Below, in pieces: positions 1-8,949 of a stretch of 64,000 nucleotides of DNA. The DNA comes from Paludibacteraceae bacterium (lineage in GTDB: Bacteria; Bacteroidota; Bacteroidia; Bacteroidales; Paludibacteraceae), in assembly GCA_045654945.1 (NCBI GenBank), contig JAZOOG010000017.1:46066-110065 (forward strand), read 5' to 3'. The position numbers were made by a program, and so were the translations under genes. Numbering within the stretch: position 1 is the stretch's first letter; every line of letters begins with the position of its first letter. The notes under the pieces are model-generated. The model was not told the DNA's origin. It saw only the letters and a program-made list of their open reading frames with translations, and ran no database searches.

Positions 1-319
1 CCGCGTTAGCCGTAGGGATAACGCGGTAACCTTCTTTTTCTAATTCAACGAGAGTAGGGGTAGCAATAGCTTCTACTTCAGGGATAATCATAGTTGGTTG
101 CTCAGTTTCAATCACTTGGCGGAGCTTAGCACCATCCAACATATTGAATACATGTGAGCGATGTGCCACTTGCATAGCCGGAGCATTGGCGTACTTATCG
201 CACGCAATCACTTCCACGCCATAGCGCTGGAGCTCGAGGGCAACTTCTTTGCCCAATTCGCCACTGCCGAGCAGGAGTGCCTTGGTGGCTACAGAGGTAA
301 GGGGAGTTCCGAAATTCAT
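1..319 (-). CDS. purT: Formate-dependent GAR transformylase (PurT), N-terminal part. The gene runs off the window start.
   Basis: Reverse translation from the ATG at 319 gives [63 protein letters not shown]..., the canonical PurT ATP-grasp N-terminus. It is absent from the ORF track because the window edge truncates it. Confidence 0.9.
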   Translation of the reverse strand, partial: MNFGTPLTSVATKALLLGSGELGKEVALELQRYGVEVIACDKYANAPAMQVAHRSHVFNMLDGAKLRQVIETEQPTMIIPEVEAIATPTLVELEKEGYRVIPTANA

Positions 320-358
320 GTAAATATAATGTTATATTGTTGTCCTTATTTCGGGTTG

Positions 359-392
359 CAAAGGTACTACTTTTTTTTGAAATATGCAAATC
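359..392 (-). promoter_or_regulatory. Bacteroidota-type promoter for purT
   Basis: The minus strand reads TTTGCATATTTCAAAAAAAAGTAGTACCTTTGCA: a -33 TTTG, about 19 nt of spacer, then a -7 TAccTTTG. It lies about 40 nt upstream of the purT ATG. Confidence 0.6.
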
Positions 393-887
393 GTTTTTTA
401 TAATTTTTCAAACAATTTTTAGATTGCCTTCTGTACTTGTCAGTTCTATGATATGGAGTGTGTGTTTTTTTGAAAAAAGATTGATTGTAGCCGCAAAATC
501 TGTGTATTATTGCTATTTTAAGCCGCATTATGGTGTTTTGAGGTTACTTAGATTGCTTTCAATAGCTGGGCATTGATGCGGGACAAGGCTGGACACCAGC
601 CGGTATGATGACTAATCCATGATATGAGATTGCGCAGATGGCTTGTTTACCAGCAAGATACAAACGAAATGGAGATTCTGAAAAGAGTACAGAGAGATTA
701 TCCTGTGGCCAGCTGTCCAGCAATTTCTCAAAATATATACATGTACCCGCGCGCGGGTGGAGTTATAGAAACAGCTGGGCAGCTGGGCAGCTGTCCACAA
801 AAAGTATTAGCGAATAACTATTAACCGCTATTCTATGAAAACCCAACAATTGACCACTCAGGAAACCCTTTACTCACGTATATATAA

Positions 888-937
888 CACGCGGGAAGTG
901 TAGTGTTTACTATGCTTCCCGCGTGAGGTATTTTTTT
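888..937. terminator. Stem-loop followed by a T-run, terminator-like
   Basis: CACGCGGGAAG ... CTTCCCGCGTG is a perfect 11-bp stem, followed by GGTATTTTTTTG on the plus strand. The transcript it would terminate is unclear. Confidence 0.4.
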
Positions 938-1070
938 GAAAAAAGTTTTCGTGTGCCGAAGATTGTGCCGAAAGGTGAGTGGTTATATCCGTAGTAGGCT
1001 AAATGTGCGATAGAACATCTTTATTGCTATTCTATATCATACCAGCAACAAAAAGGATAACTTTTATTTA

Positions 1071-1163
1071 TTAACCGAATAGAGGGTCCAGCAAGAACCA
1101 CAAGCAAAAGATAGCTATAATAATGTCAATAATCCAGCATAATAATTCGTCCATAGTAATCAT
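1071..1163 (-). CDS. Candidate 30-aa hydrophobic peptide (MITMDELLCWIIDIIIAIFCLWFLLDPLFG)
   Basis: An ATG-to-TAA ORF below the track cutoff. It has one predicted TM helix. A TAccTTTG -7 box (plus-strand caaaggta at 1202-1209) lies about 35 nt upstream on the same strand. Confidence 0.3.
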   Translation of the reverse strand: MITMDELLCWIIDIIIAIFCLWFLLDPLFG

Positions 1164-1275
1164 TTTTGAGGGTTAAACATTCATTTTTTTGAATTACGCT
1201 GCAAAGGTACTGCTTTAAACTGCTAAAACTTGTCAGTATATCAATAAAAATGTAAGAAAGCATCAAAAATTTGAA

Positions 1276-2658
1276 TTATTTTTTGTTAGATTTGCATTTT
1301 TCGTGTAACAAAGCAATATTTGTTCGTAATTCATTTAATGTGCGTGCTGATACATAAGATTCTTGTTCTAAAATGCCAAGGTTTTTATCTAAATGTGACA
1401 TAACATCTCCCTTATTTTTAATTTTTACCATCTTAGGTGACGGTAATTTGCGTTTTGACACAACTTGCTCATTAAGCAACTTGATTATTTTCCGCGTTTC
1501 AGATATTAGTCTATTCAAATAGTTATTTCTATATATTCCCTTAGGGGGTAATGGCAAGTCATTTAAATTATATTTAATAATTTCTGCTATTTGTTTTTCT
1601 ATTCTTTTTTTATTTCGTTTAATTTTCTCTGCTTTTATATCTTCTTTGCTCTTTACCTTGTTCTGAACTATCTCTGGATTGAATGTTTTTACTATAGGGA
1701 TGTTATCTATATCTGTATCTATTTCGCTAACATTATTTTCGTACCCTAAGTAAGTTTTAAGAATTCTACTACGCTGAGACACTTTAAGTCTACGTATCGC
1801 TTTTTCGTAAATACAGCGTACTCGTTCACGGGTAAGAACATATTCTATACCGATTTCTTCATATGTCTTCTCATTTTGACCGATACCGAAACATTTGCGA
1901 ATAAAATCTGCCTCACGCGGTGTTAAAGTTCTCAATGCACAATCAATGTCGCAAGCTAATGACTCATACCATAATCTCACATCTGCATATTCCTCACTTT
2001 CTAAGTGATCAATATCAATGTTAATATCATGAGAATCCGCTGTCGAATAATTCAGTAATTCTCGGCAATACCCAATTCTTTCTATAGATTCTCCCAATTC
2101 TAAAGACAATTCCTCTAATGTTATAGGTATTCCGTGTTGGACGATGTATTTGTATTCAATTCTTATCATTCTCTCCATCGTGGTTGCTACATCGTAAGGT
2201 ATATGTATGAGAAAACGATAAGATAAGATACATTCCTGCATGCGGAATTCAATTCCACGCATTGTATATGTTGCAAAAGGAACATTGAAAGATGGATTAT
2301 AGGTTCTTAGCGCATTACATAAAGCAATAACACCTTCTCCGATTAAATCCTGGATATCAACAGTAGGGTATGAGGCCACATATTTTTCAGCAACGGCGTA
2401 GATAAGGGGTAAATTAGATTCTATAATAGCGTCTTTGGCTTTTTCATCTCCGTTTTGAAATTGTAGAAACAAATTCTTTTCTTCTTGTGAATTTAAGGGT
2501 GATTTAGAAGTAATGAATGATATATATTTATCTCTAAAAGTACCTTCTTTGGGAATAAATGCCTTATCGTTGGAGAATTCTGCATGTATATCCTCCACAA
2601 TTGCCTTATCTTCAGTGGTTTGATATAGGCTTTTCTCTATGGTCTCTTGAGGTATCAA
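1276..2658 (-). CDS. Atypical sigma-70 family factor with a roughly 140-aa Lys-rich C-terminal extension
   Basis: Region 2-like NLPLIYAVAEKYV...DLIGEGVIALCNALRTYNP...FATYTMRGIEFRMQECI, region 3-like IHIPYDVATTMERM, and region 4 HTH LTPREADFIRKCFGI..TYEEIGIEYVLTRERVRCIYEKAIRRLK. The gene is visibly AT-rich compared with its neighbours. The ORF has no ATG before residue ~133 (track start is TTG at 2658), so the start is uncertain. Confidence 0.7.
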   Translation of the reverse strand: MIPQETIEKSLYQTTEDKAIVEDIHAEFSNDKAFIPKEGTFRDKYISFITSKSPLNSQEEKNLFLQFQNGDEKAKDAIIESNLPLIYAVAEKYVASYPTVDIQDLIGEGVIALCNALRTYNPSFNVPFATYTMRGIEFRMQECILSYRFLIHIPYDVATTMERMIRIEYKYIVQHGIPITLEELSLELGESIERIGYCRELLNYSTADSHDINIDIDHLESEEYADVRLWYESLACDIDCALRTLTPREADFIRKCFGIGQNEKTYEEIGIEYVLTRERVRCIYEKAIRRLKVSQRSRILKTYLGYENNVSEIDTDIDNIPIVKTFNPEIVQNKVKSKEDIKAEKIKRNKKRIEKQIAEIIKYNLNDLPLPPKGIYRNNYLNRLISETRKIIKLLNEQVVSKRKLPSPKMVKIKNKGDVMSHLDKNLGILEQESYVSARTLNELRTNIALLHEKCKSNKK

Positions 2659-2711
2659 GATCTTAAAAGTTTATTCGATACTAAAATTAGTTTCTATAGA
2701 AATATTAGCAA

Positions 2712-3008
2712 CAAAAAAGCGGGACTGCACTGTTGCTGTTCCGCTACTTGAGGCTCTGGTATTGCCTATTGTTCCGAACAAGCAACACCGAAGCCCACGC
2801 CGATATGTACGCACACGCACACACCTAATTACAATGTGTGCGGATATGGATATACATACCCCGAGGACATCAAAATGCTGCAATGTGTTGGAACAATGTT
2901 AGAATTTACCAGATTCCAAGTAGCCAACTACAAAGCGCTTATGACGCCTTTATTATGTCTGCAATTACCCCAATCCGAAAGACATAATCCCAAGGCGTGG
3001 GCTAATTA
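2712..3008 (-). ncRNA. Candidate ~290-nt non-coding transcript or long leader upstream of the sigma gene
   Basis: Minus-strand promoter: cTTGctc, about 21 nt, then TTACCTTTG (plus-strand caaaggta at 3015-3022). Minus-strand terminator: GCGGAACAGCAACAGTGCAGTCCCGC followed by TTTTTTG, around 2712-2745. No credible ORF lies between them. GCCCACGCC near the 5' end is exactly complementary to GGCGTGGGC near the 3' end. Confidence 0.3.
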
Positions 3009-3138
3009 CGGGTGCAAAGGTAATCAATTATTTTGGATTGAGCAAGAAAAGAGCAATTTTTTTGCGTTTTTTGACTCGGCGAACCTCCGCCGAGCACTTG
3101 ACAGGTGGCGGGTTGTCTCGCGGGGAAGTGCGCTTTGT

Positions 3139-3202
3139 GTCACGATGATCATACGGTGAGGTCACGATGAGGTCACGATGAAGTCACGATGAGGTCTCGA
3201 TG
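3139..3202. repeat. Tandem ~12-bp repeat (GAGGTCACGATG-like, about 4 units)
   Basis: gaggtcacgatgaggtcacgatgaagtcacgatgaggtctcgatgg is read directly. Three ATAGGGGAA-like units follow at about 3225-3260. Confidence 0.8.
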
Positions 3203-3373
3203 GAAATAGGTGGTAGATAAGGGGCAATAAATAGGGGAATAATAGGGGAACTGATACTATAACTAAAAACAACAAGAGTTATATTTTAATCAACAACACC
3301 AACAACATAATCCAACAACTTGCAGGGCAATCAACTCCCTGCCCTGCTCAAGAAACACATGCATAGTTTAAAA

Positions 3374-3742
3374 TCACGATTGTTTGCGGACAAGAGAGAT
3401 TTCGTGTTTGATGAAATCGTATAATCGGGCAGGTACTGGTGGTTTGCCTTTGGCATCGGGCATACGCTGGTGTTTGCTTGCTTCGCGCAATGCTTGCAAA
3501 TGCTTCTCGTGCCAAAGCGCTTTCTGTTCTGGATCGCGCAAAATAGCACAAGCCTCCTCGTTGATACTGCGGAAGTTCTGTACGACAGGATGAGCTGCCA
3601 TCTCTTTCTTCTTGGCTTTGGAATACTCAGGCTTCTTGCAATACGCTGCCCAGCCCGTTCTGCCAGGAATAGGGCGAAGATAGTGATCCTTGTCAATGGA
3701 GCCACCAAGACTCTCTAAAAATGATGCTACGTGTACAATCAT
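3374..3742 (-). CDS. Hypothetical protein, 122 aa, Lys/Glu-rich
   Basis: It has an ATG start and a protein-like charged composition. I recognised no motif. Several overlapping ORFs in this GC-richer patch make the call tentative. Confidence 0.4.
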   Translation of the reverse strand: MIVHVASFLESLGGSIDKDHYLRPIPGRTGWAAYCKKPEYSKAKKKEMAAHPVVQNFRSINEEACAILRDPEQKALWHEKHLQALREASKHQRMPDAKGKPPVPARLYDFIKHEISLVRKQS

Positions 3743-3756
3743 AGTTGTGGATTTAG

Positions 3757-3957
3757 GTCACTTCTATAAATTCAACATTTTAGAAGAACGACCATTATAA
3801 GTTAAATATTAAAATTTTTATATGCTTTTGGCTTTTTATTGGTATATTGCTTGTTGTTAATCAGTTGCGTAGCTCGCTACGTGCCTTCTTTCCGCCAAGC
3901 AATCTATTCAATAAAAATCTCAAAATCATTATAAATCAATTTATAGAAGTAACCTAT
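3757..3957. repeat. Imperfect palindrome (extended hairpin) of about 200 bp
   Basis: AGGTCACTTCTATAAATT (3757) pairs with AATTTATAGAAGTAACCT (3957). The inner arms TTATTGGTATATTGCTTG and CAAGCAATCTATTCAATAA also pair, and the centre is CGTAGCTCGCTACG. The left arm carries about 40 extra nt. Confidence 0.6.
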
Positions 3958-3978
3958 AAAAGTTAGTATTAGATTATG

Positions 3979-4012
3979 GATAGAGTGTAGAATGGGTATC
4001 CTACACTCTATC
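3979..4012. repeat. Perfect 12-bp-stem hairpin built from the CTACACT repeat family
   Basis: GATAGAGTGTAG aatgggtatc CTACACTCTATC, 30 nt downstream of the folD stop. No T-run follows it on the minus strand. Confidence 0.6.
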
Positions 4013-4044
4013 AAATGATTAAGGGATAGCCCCTTGGGGTGTAA

Positions 4045-4896
4045 TTACTTGTTATTCATGCGATTGAGGAAGCACTCAATGGTGTTGCGCATGAGCATGG
4101 TGATGGTCATAGGGCCTACACCGCCTGGGACAGGGGTGATAGCACCAGCCACTGGCAATACTGCCTCATAATCCACATCGCCCACGAGTTTGCCGTCCTC
4201 GGTGCGGTTGATACCTACATCAATCACAGCTGCACCTGGCTTCACATACTCGGCAGTCACCATCTTCGCACGACCTACGGCTGCTACGAGGATATCCGCT
4301 TCGCGGCACACGGCTGCCAAATCTTTGGTGCGACTATGCGCGATAGTCACAGTAGCATTGCGGTCAAGCAAGAGTTTAGCAACAGGTTTGCCCACGATAT
4401 TGCTGCGGCCAATGACAACGGCTTTCTTGCCTGCCATCTCCACGCCCGCTTGGTCGAGGAGTTCGATGATACCTTTTGGGGTACATGGGAGGATGCAATG
4501 TTGGTTGAGCCAAAGGCGTGCCACGTTCTCAGGATGGAAGCCGTCCACATCTTTCTCAGCAGAGATAGCTGCGATGACTTTGTCCTCAGAGATATGTTTT
4601 GGCAAAGGCAATTGCACGAGGATACCGTCCACGAGTGGGTCGTTGTTGAGTTTGTCGATCTCAGCGAGGAGTGTTGCTTCGCTCACATCCTCAGGGAGTT
4701 CCACGAGGTGGCCGTCGAAACCGCAGTACTCGGTTGCTTTGATCTTGCCGCGCACATAGGAGCGGCTGGCTGGGTTGTCACCTACAATGACGACCATGAG
4801 GCATGGGCGGCGACCATATTGCTCCGCCAATGCATCTACTTCGATTTTCATCGCATCCTTGAGGGATTGCGAGATCACTTTACCGTCGATTATCAT
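4045..4896 (-). CDS. folD: Bifunctional methylenetetrahydrofolate dehydrogenase/cyclohydrolase
   Basis: [14 protein letters not shown]...[17 protein letters not shown]...[22 protein letters not shown] is the FolD signature. The track start at 4920 is a TTG inside the repeat array. ATG at 4896 (MIIDGK) matches the usual FolD N-terminus. Confidence 0.93.
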   Translation of the reverse strand: MIIDGKVISQSLKDAMKIEVDALAEQYGRRPCLMVVIVGDNPASRSYVRGKIKATEYCGFDGHLVELPEDVSEATLLAEIDKLNNDPLVDGILVQLPLPKHISEDKVIAAISAEKDVDGFHPENVARLWLNQHCILPCTPKGIIELLDQAGVEMAGKKAVVIGRSNIVGKPVAKLLLDRNATVTIAHSRTKDLAAVCREADILVAAVGRAKMVTAEYVKPGAAVIDVGINRTEDGKLVGDVDYEAVLPVAGAITPVPGGVGPMTITMLMRNTIECFLNRMNNK

Positions 4897-4904
4897 AAGT
4901 TTTA

Positions 4905-5057
4905 GTTCAAAATTGTTCAATATGGTTCAAAATTGTTCAATATGGTTCAAAATTGTTCAATATGGTTCAAAATTGTTCAATGTTGTTCAAAGTGGTTCAA
5001 TGTTGAACGAGGTTGAACGCGAAGCGCTGAACAGCGACTTCAGTCGCGTTGAACAAT
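4905..5057. repeat. GTTCAA/TTGAAC array with 10-bp phasing and a GCGAAGC core, copy A (purD|folD junction)
   Basis: Ten GTTCAA units sit at exactly 10-bp spacing (4905 to 4995). Inverted TTGAAC/CTGAAC units then flank CGCGAAGCGC and a GCGAC-ttca-GTCGC hairpin. Confidence 0.9.
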
Positions 5058-5058
5058 G

Positions 5059-6324
5059 TTATAGTGCCCAGTGGGCAATGTCTTTTCGGTAGAAGAGGTT
5101 ATCGCAGTGGATCTTCTCTATCTCCTTATATACTTTAGCTTGTGCCTCGGCGATGTCCTTGCCCGTAGCAATACACATCATCACGCGACCGCCGTTGGTC
5201 TTCAGTACGCCGTTGTCGTTCTTCGTTCCCATGTGGAAGACAGGGCCGTCAAACTGCTCAACGCCTTCGATGACAGCACCTTTTGCATAATCGCCAGGGT
5301 AGCCCTTAGAGGCGAGTACAACACCGATGGTGGCTTCATTGCGCCATGCCAATTTACTATTTGACAATGTACCATTTACGATTTCGCCCGTCGCAATGCC
5401 GTAAAAGACATCGTATGCGTCTGACTCGAGAAGAGGGAGAACGACTTCGGTCTCTGGGTCACCAAAGCGAGCGTTGAACTCGATGACCTTCACGCCTTGT
5501 GCGGTCTTCATCAGTCCGCCATAGAGTACGCCTGTGAGTGGCAATCCCTCTTGGCACATACCTTTGGCAACGGCTTCGAGGACATATTTGCGGGCAAAAG
5601 CCTCGTCTTCTTCGGTCACGAAGGGTAGGGGAGTGTAGGCACCCATACCGCCTGTGTTAGGACCTTCGTCGTTGTCGTAAGCACGCTTGTGGTCTTGTGA
5701 GAGTGGCATAGGATAGACATTCTCGCCGTTCACAAAACACATAAAGGAGAACTCTGGACCTTCGAGGTAATCTTCGATCACCACTTTGCCTTTGCCGAAG
5801 GCCTCATTGCAGAGCATGTCTTGGAGAGCAGCGTCTGCTTCTTCAAGCGTAGTAGCGATGACTACGCCCTTGCCTGCTGCCAATCCATCGTACTTGAGGA
5901 CGGTAGGCAGAGTGCCTGCTTTGACGTAAGCCAATGCCTCGGCATAGTCGCTAAAGGACTGATAACCAGCAGTAGGCACGTGGTATTTGTCCATGATGAT
6001 CTTGGCAAACTCCTTGCTGGACTCGATCTGTGTAGCAGCTTTGGTGTGACCAAAGATAGGCATACCTTCCGCGCGGAAAGCATCTACTACACCAGCGGCA
6101 AGAGCCGCTTCAGGACCAACTACGGTAAGGTCCACTTCGGTCTCTTTGGCAAAGAGAAGCAAACCCTCAACATCGGTGTCTTTGATAGCAACGCACTCAG
6201 CGAGCTGGGCTATACCTGCATTACCTGGAGCGCAGTAGATCTTCTCTACTTGTGGGCTGCGCGAGAGAGCATACACGATAGCGTGCTCTCGTCCGCCTCC
6301 ACCTATAACTAATACTTTTTTCAT
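5059..6324 (-). CDS. purD: Phosphoribosylamine-glycine ligase
   Basis: MKKVLVIGGGGREHAIVYAL..., an ATP-grasp protein over its whole length. The track start at 6330 is TTG. The ATG at 6324 is preferred. Confidence 0.93.
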   Translation of the reverse strand: MKKVLVIGGGGREHAIVYALSRSPQVEKIYCAPGNAGIAQLAECVAIKDTDVEGLLLFAKETEVDLTVVGPEAALAAGVVDAFRAEGMPIFGHTKAATQIESSKEFAKIIMDKYHVPTAGYQSFSDYAEALAYVKAGTLPTVLKYDGLAAGKGVVIATTLEEADAALQDMLCNEAFGKGKVVIEDYLEGPEFSFMCFVNGENVYPMPLSQDHKRAYDNDEGPNTGGMGAYTPLPFVTEEDEAFARKYVLEAVAKGMCQEGLPLTGVLYGGLMKTAQGVKVIEFNARFGDPETEVVLPLLESDAYDVFYGIATGEIVNGTLSNSKLAWRNEATIGVVLASKGYPGDYAKGAVIEGVEQFDGPVFHMGTKNDNGVLKTNGGRVMMCIATGKDIAEAQAKVYKEIEKIHCDNLFYRKDIAHWAL

Positions 6325-6330
6325 TTGCAA

Positions 6331-7866
6331 TTAATGTTTGAAGTGGCGTGTGCCAGTCATGAGCATGCAGATGCCGAGTTTGTCAGCTTTCACTACGCAG
6401 TCGTTGTCGCGGATACTACCGCCTGGTTGAACGATAGCGGTTACACCATATTGTGCAGCCAAAGCTACTGTATCGTCAAATGGCAAGAAGCCATCAGAAG
6501 CGAGGATGAGACCTTCGGTCACACCAGCAGCGTGCGCTTGCTTCATAGCAATCTCAGCACTACCTACGCGGTTCATTTGACCAGCACCTACGCCTAATGT
6601 TTGGCCGTTCTTCACCACTACGATGGCGTTGGATTTCACGTGCTTAACGATGTTCCAACCGAATTGCATATCTGCGAGAGTTGCAGCATCAGGTTGCACC
6701 TTGGTAGCGCACATGTCGGCTGTGATTGTCTCGATTTGGGTATCGAGGTGTTGAACGAGCAAACCGCCGTTGACGCTCACATATTGGTCAATGGCCTCGG
6801 TGCTTGGAGTCATATCCACTTGAATGACACGGAGGTTCTTCTTGGTTGCGAAGATCTCCATTGCCTCATCTGTGAAGTCAGGAGCGATGACGATCTCGAG
6901 GAAGATTGGTTTCATGCCGAGGGCAATCTCCTTGGTGATGGTGCGGTTGCAGATCACGATACCGCCGTAGATACTTACGGTGTCTGCCTCGTATGCCTTT
7001 TGCCATGCCTCTTCGATGGTAGCTGCCACAGCAGCGCCACATGGGTTCATGTGCTTGAGGGCTACGCAGAATGGCTCTTGGAAGTCGCGAGCGATATTGA
7101 GGGCAGCGTTAGCATCTTGGATATTGTTGTAAGACATCTCCTTGCCTTGGAGTTGTTTGCCTGTGGCAAGTGAGAATGGGATAGCCTTGGTAGAGGCGTA
7201 GAACTTAGCCGATTGGTGAGGGTTCTCGCCATAACGAAGACCTTGCTTGAGGTCAAACTCGAGGAAGAGTTTCTCGTTGAGGCCAGCTTTCTCGCGCATG
7301 TAAGTAGCGATGCATGCGTCGTATTGCGCAGTGTGGGTGTATGCCTTGGCAGAGAGTTGGAGACGAGTCTCGAGAGTGGTGTTGCCCGTAGCATTGATCT
7401 CAGCAAGGATAGTGTCGTAGTCTGCTGGATCGCAAACAACGGTCACATCGTTGTAGTTCTTGGCTGCAGAACGGAGCATAGATGGACCACCTATATCGAT
7501 GTTCTCAATAGCATCTGCCATGCTTACGCCCTCTTTGGCGATGGTCTCGCGGAATGGATAGAGGTTCACGCACACGAGGTCGATGAATGAGATGCCGTTC
7601 TCCTCCAATGCCTGGAGGTGAGATGGTTCGTCACGGCGTGCGAGAAGGCCACCGTGTACCTTAGGGTGAAGGGTCTTAACGCGTCCGTCGCAGATCTCAG
7701 GGAAACCAGTTACATCGCTGATACCGATGGTGTTAACGCCTGAGTTCTCTAATAACTTTTGTGTACCGCCTGTGGCGATGATTTCCCAGCCCGCTGTTTG
7801 CAGACCTTTCACGAAATCTACCAATCCTGATTTGTCGCTTACGCTGACAAGAGCTCTTTTTGCCAT
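6331..7866 (-). CDS. purH: Bifunctional AICAR transformylase / IMP cyclohydrolase
   Basis: MAKRALVSVSDKSGLVDF...GGTQKLL...VKTLHPKVHGG...GGIVICNR...QPGGSIRD are PurH hallmarks. Confidence 0.95.
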   Translation of the reverse strand: MAKRALVSVSDKSGLVDFVKGLQTAGWEIIATGGTQKLLENSGVNTIGISDVTGFPEICDGRVKTLHPKVHGGLLARRDEPSHLQALEENGISFIDLVCVNLYPFRETIAKEGVSMADAIENIDIGGPSMLRSAAKNYNDVTVVCDPADYDTILAEINATGNTTLETRLQLSAKAYTHTAQYDACIATYMREKAGLNEKLFLEFDLKQGLRYGENPHQSAKFYASTKAIPFSLATGKQLQGKEMSYNNIQDANAALNIARDFQEPFCVALKHMNPCGAAVAATIEEAWQKAYEADTVSIYGGIVICNRTITKEIALGMKPIFLEIVIAPDFTDEAMEIFATKKNLRVIQVDMTPSTEAIDQYVSVNGGLLVQHLDTQIETITADMCATKVQPDAATLADMQFGWNIVKHVKSNAIVVVKNGQTLGVGAGQMNRVGSAEIAMKQAHAAGVTEGLILASDGFLPFDDTVALAAQYGVTAIVQPGGSIRDNDCVVKADKLGICMLMTGTRHFKH

Positions 7867-7900
7867 ATCTTTTTTATACCTTAAAAAATTGAATTACTAA

Positions 7901-8926
7901 TTAAATGATCTCGTTTGCGCCTTCGATGACTTTGCCGATGATTTGCGCTTTGTCGCCATGCTTAGCGAGGATAGCGATGGCTTTCTCAGCATCAGTAGCA
8001 GGCATAGCAATCACCATACCAATACCCATATTGAAGATATTGAACATCTCACGGTGAGGGATATTACCCCACTTCTCTAAGCATTGGAACACTGGAAGAA
8101 TCTCCCATGAGCCCTCGGTTACGCTGAAGCCTTGACCCTCTTTCAAGATACGAGGGATATTCTCGTCAAAGCCACCACCAGTGATATGGGCTACGCCGTG
8201 TACATCGCAATTGTGGATCACCTCCAGCACTTGCTTCACATAGATGCGGGTAGGAGTCAAAAGCACTTCGCCGAGTTTCTTGTCTGCGCTAAGCTCTGGA
8301 TAAACGGTGTGGAGGTCAAGACCTGCATCGCTAACTACCTTGCGCACGAGACTGAAACCGTTGCTGTGAACGCCAGAAGAAGAGATACCTACGAGTACAT
8401 CGCCTACAGATACCTTGCTTCCATCAATGAGTTGAGATTTCTCCACTACACCCGTGGTGTAACCTGCGATATCGTATTCGCCATCGCCGTACATACCTGG
8501 CATCTCGGCGGTCTCGCCACCTACGAGTGCGCAACCTGCTTGGCGGCAACCTTCTGCCACACCAGCTACGATAGCCTCTACCTTCTCAGGGATGTTGTGA
8601 CCGATAGCCACATAGTCGAGGAAGATAAGTGGTTCAGCGCCTTGTGCGAGCACATCGTTCACACACATAGCCACAGCGTCAATACCGATGGTATCGTGCT
8701 TGTCCATCGCGAAAGCGAGTTTGAGTTTGGTACCTACACCATCGGTGCCGCTGACGAGGACGGGCTCCTTGATGTTAAGTGCCGAGAGATCGAACATTCC
8801 ACCAAATGAACCGATATTGCCCATAGAGCCAAAGCGGTTGGTGCTTTTTACATGCGATTTAATACGACTTACTACTTCGTATCCGGCTTCGAGGTTTACG
8901 CCGGCTGCCTCATAATGTTGTGCCAT
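7901..8926 (-). CDS. purM: Phosphoribosylformylglycinamidine cyclo-ligase (AIR synthetase)
   Basis: [13 protein letters not shown]...[10 protein letters not shown]...[23 protein letters not shown]...HITGGG. Confidence 0.95.
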   Translation of the reverse strand: MAQHYEAAGVNLEAGYEVVSRIKSHVKSTNRFGSMGNIGSFGGMFDLSALNIKEPVLVSGTDGVGTKLKLAFAMDKHDTIGIDAVAMCVNDVLAQGAEPLIFLDYVAIGHNIPEKVEAIVAGVAEGCRQAGCALVGGETAEMPGMYGDGEYDIAGYTTGVVEKSQLIDGSKVSVGDVLVGISSSGVHSNGFSLVRKVVSDAGLDLHTVYPELSADKKLGEVLLTPTRIYVKQVLEVIHNCDVHGVAHITGGGFDENIPRILKEGQGFSVTEGSWEILPVFQCLEKWGNIPHREMFNIFNMGIGMVIAMPATDAEKAIAILAKHGDKAQIIGKVIEGANEII

Positions 8927-8949
8927 TATTGTATAGTTTGTTTTAATAT

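Noticed and set aside
600-940. A possible tmRNA or other structured RNA: ORF 624-824 ends ...KVLANNY*, it is followed by a strong hairpin and T-run, and CAGCTGGG repeats are present.
   Set aside because: There is no tRNA-like acceptor/T-arm, no ...ALAA-type tag and no upstream promoter box. The ORF has no protein-like features. The hairpin is kept as a terminator-like feature only.
2671-3159. ORFs 2671-2883 (minus) and 2836-3159 (plus) as protein genes in the AT-rich islet.
   Set aside because: Their compositions are Cys/Arg-rich and implausible. The minus-strand ORF runs through the predicted terminator hairpin. The region is better explained as a non-coding transcript or leader.
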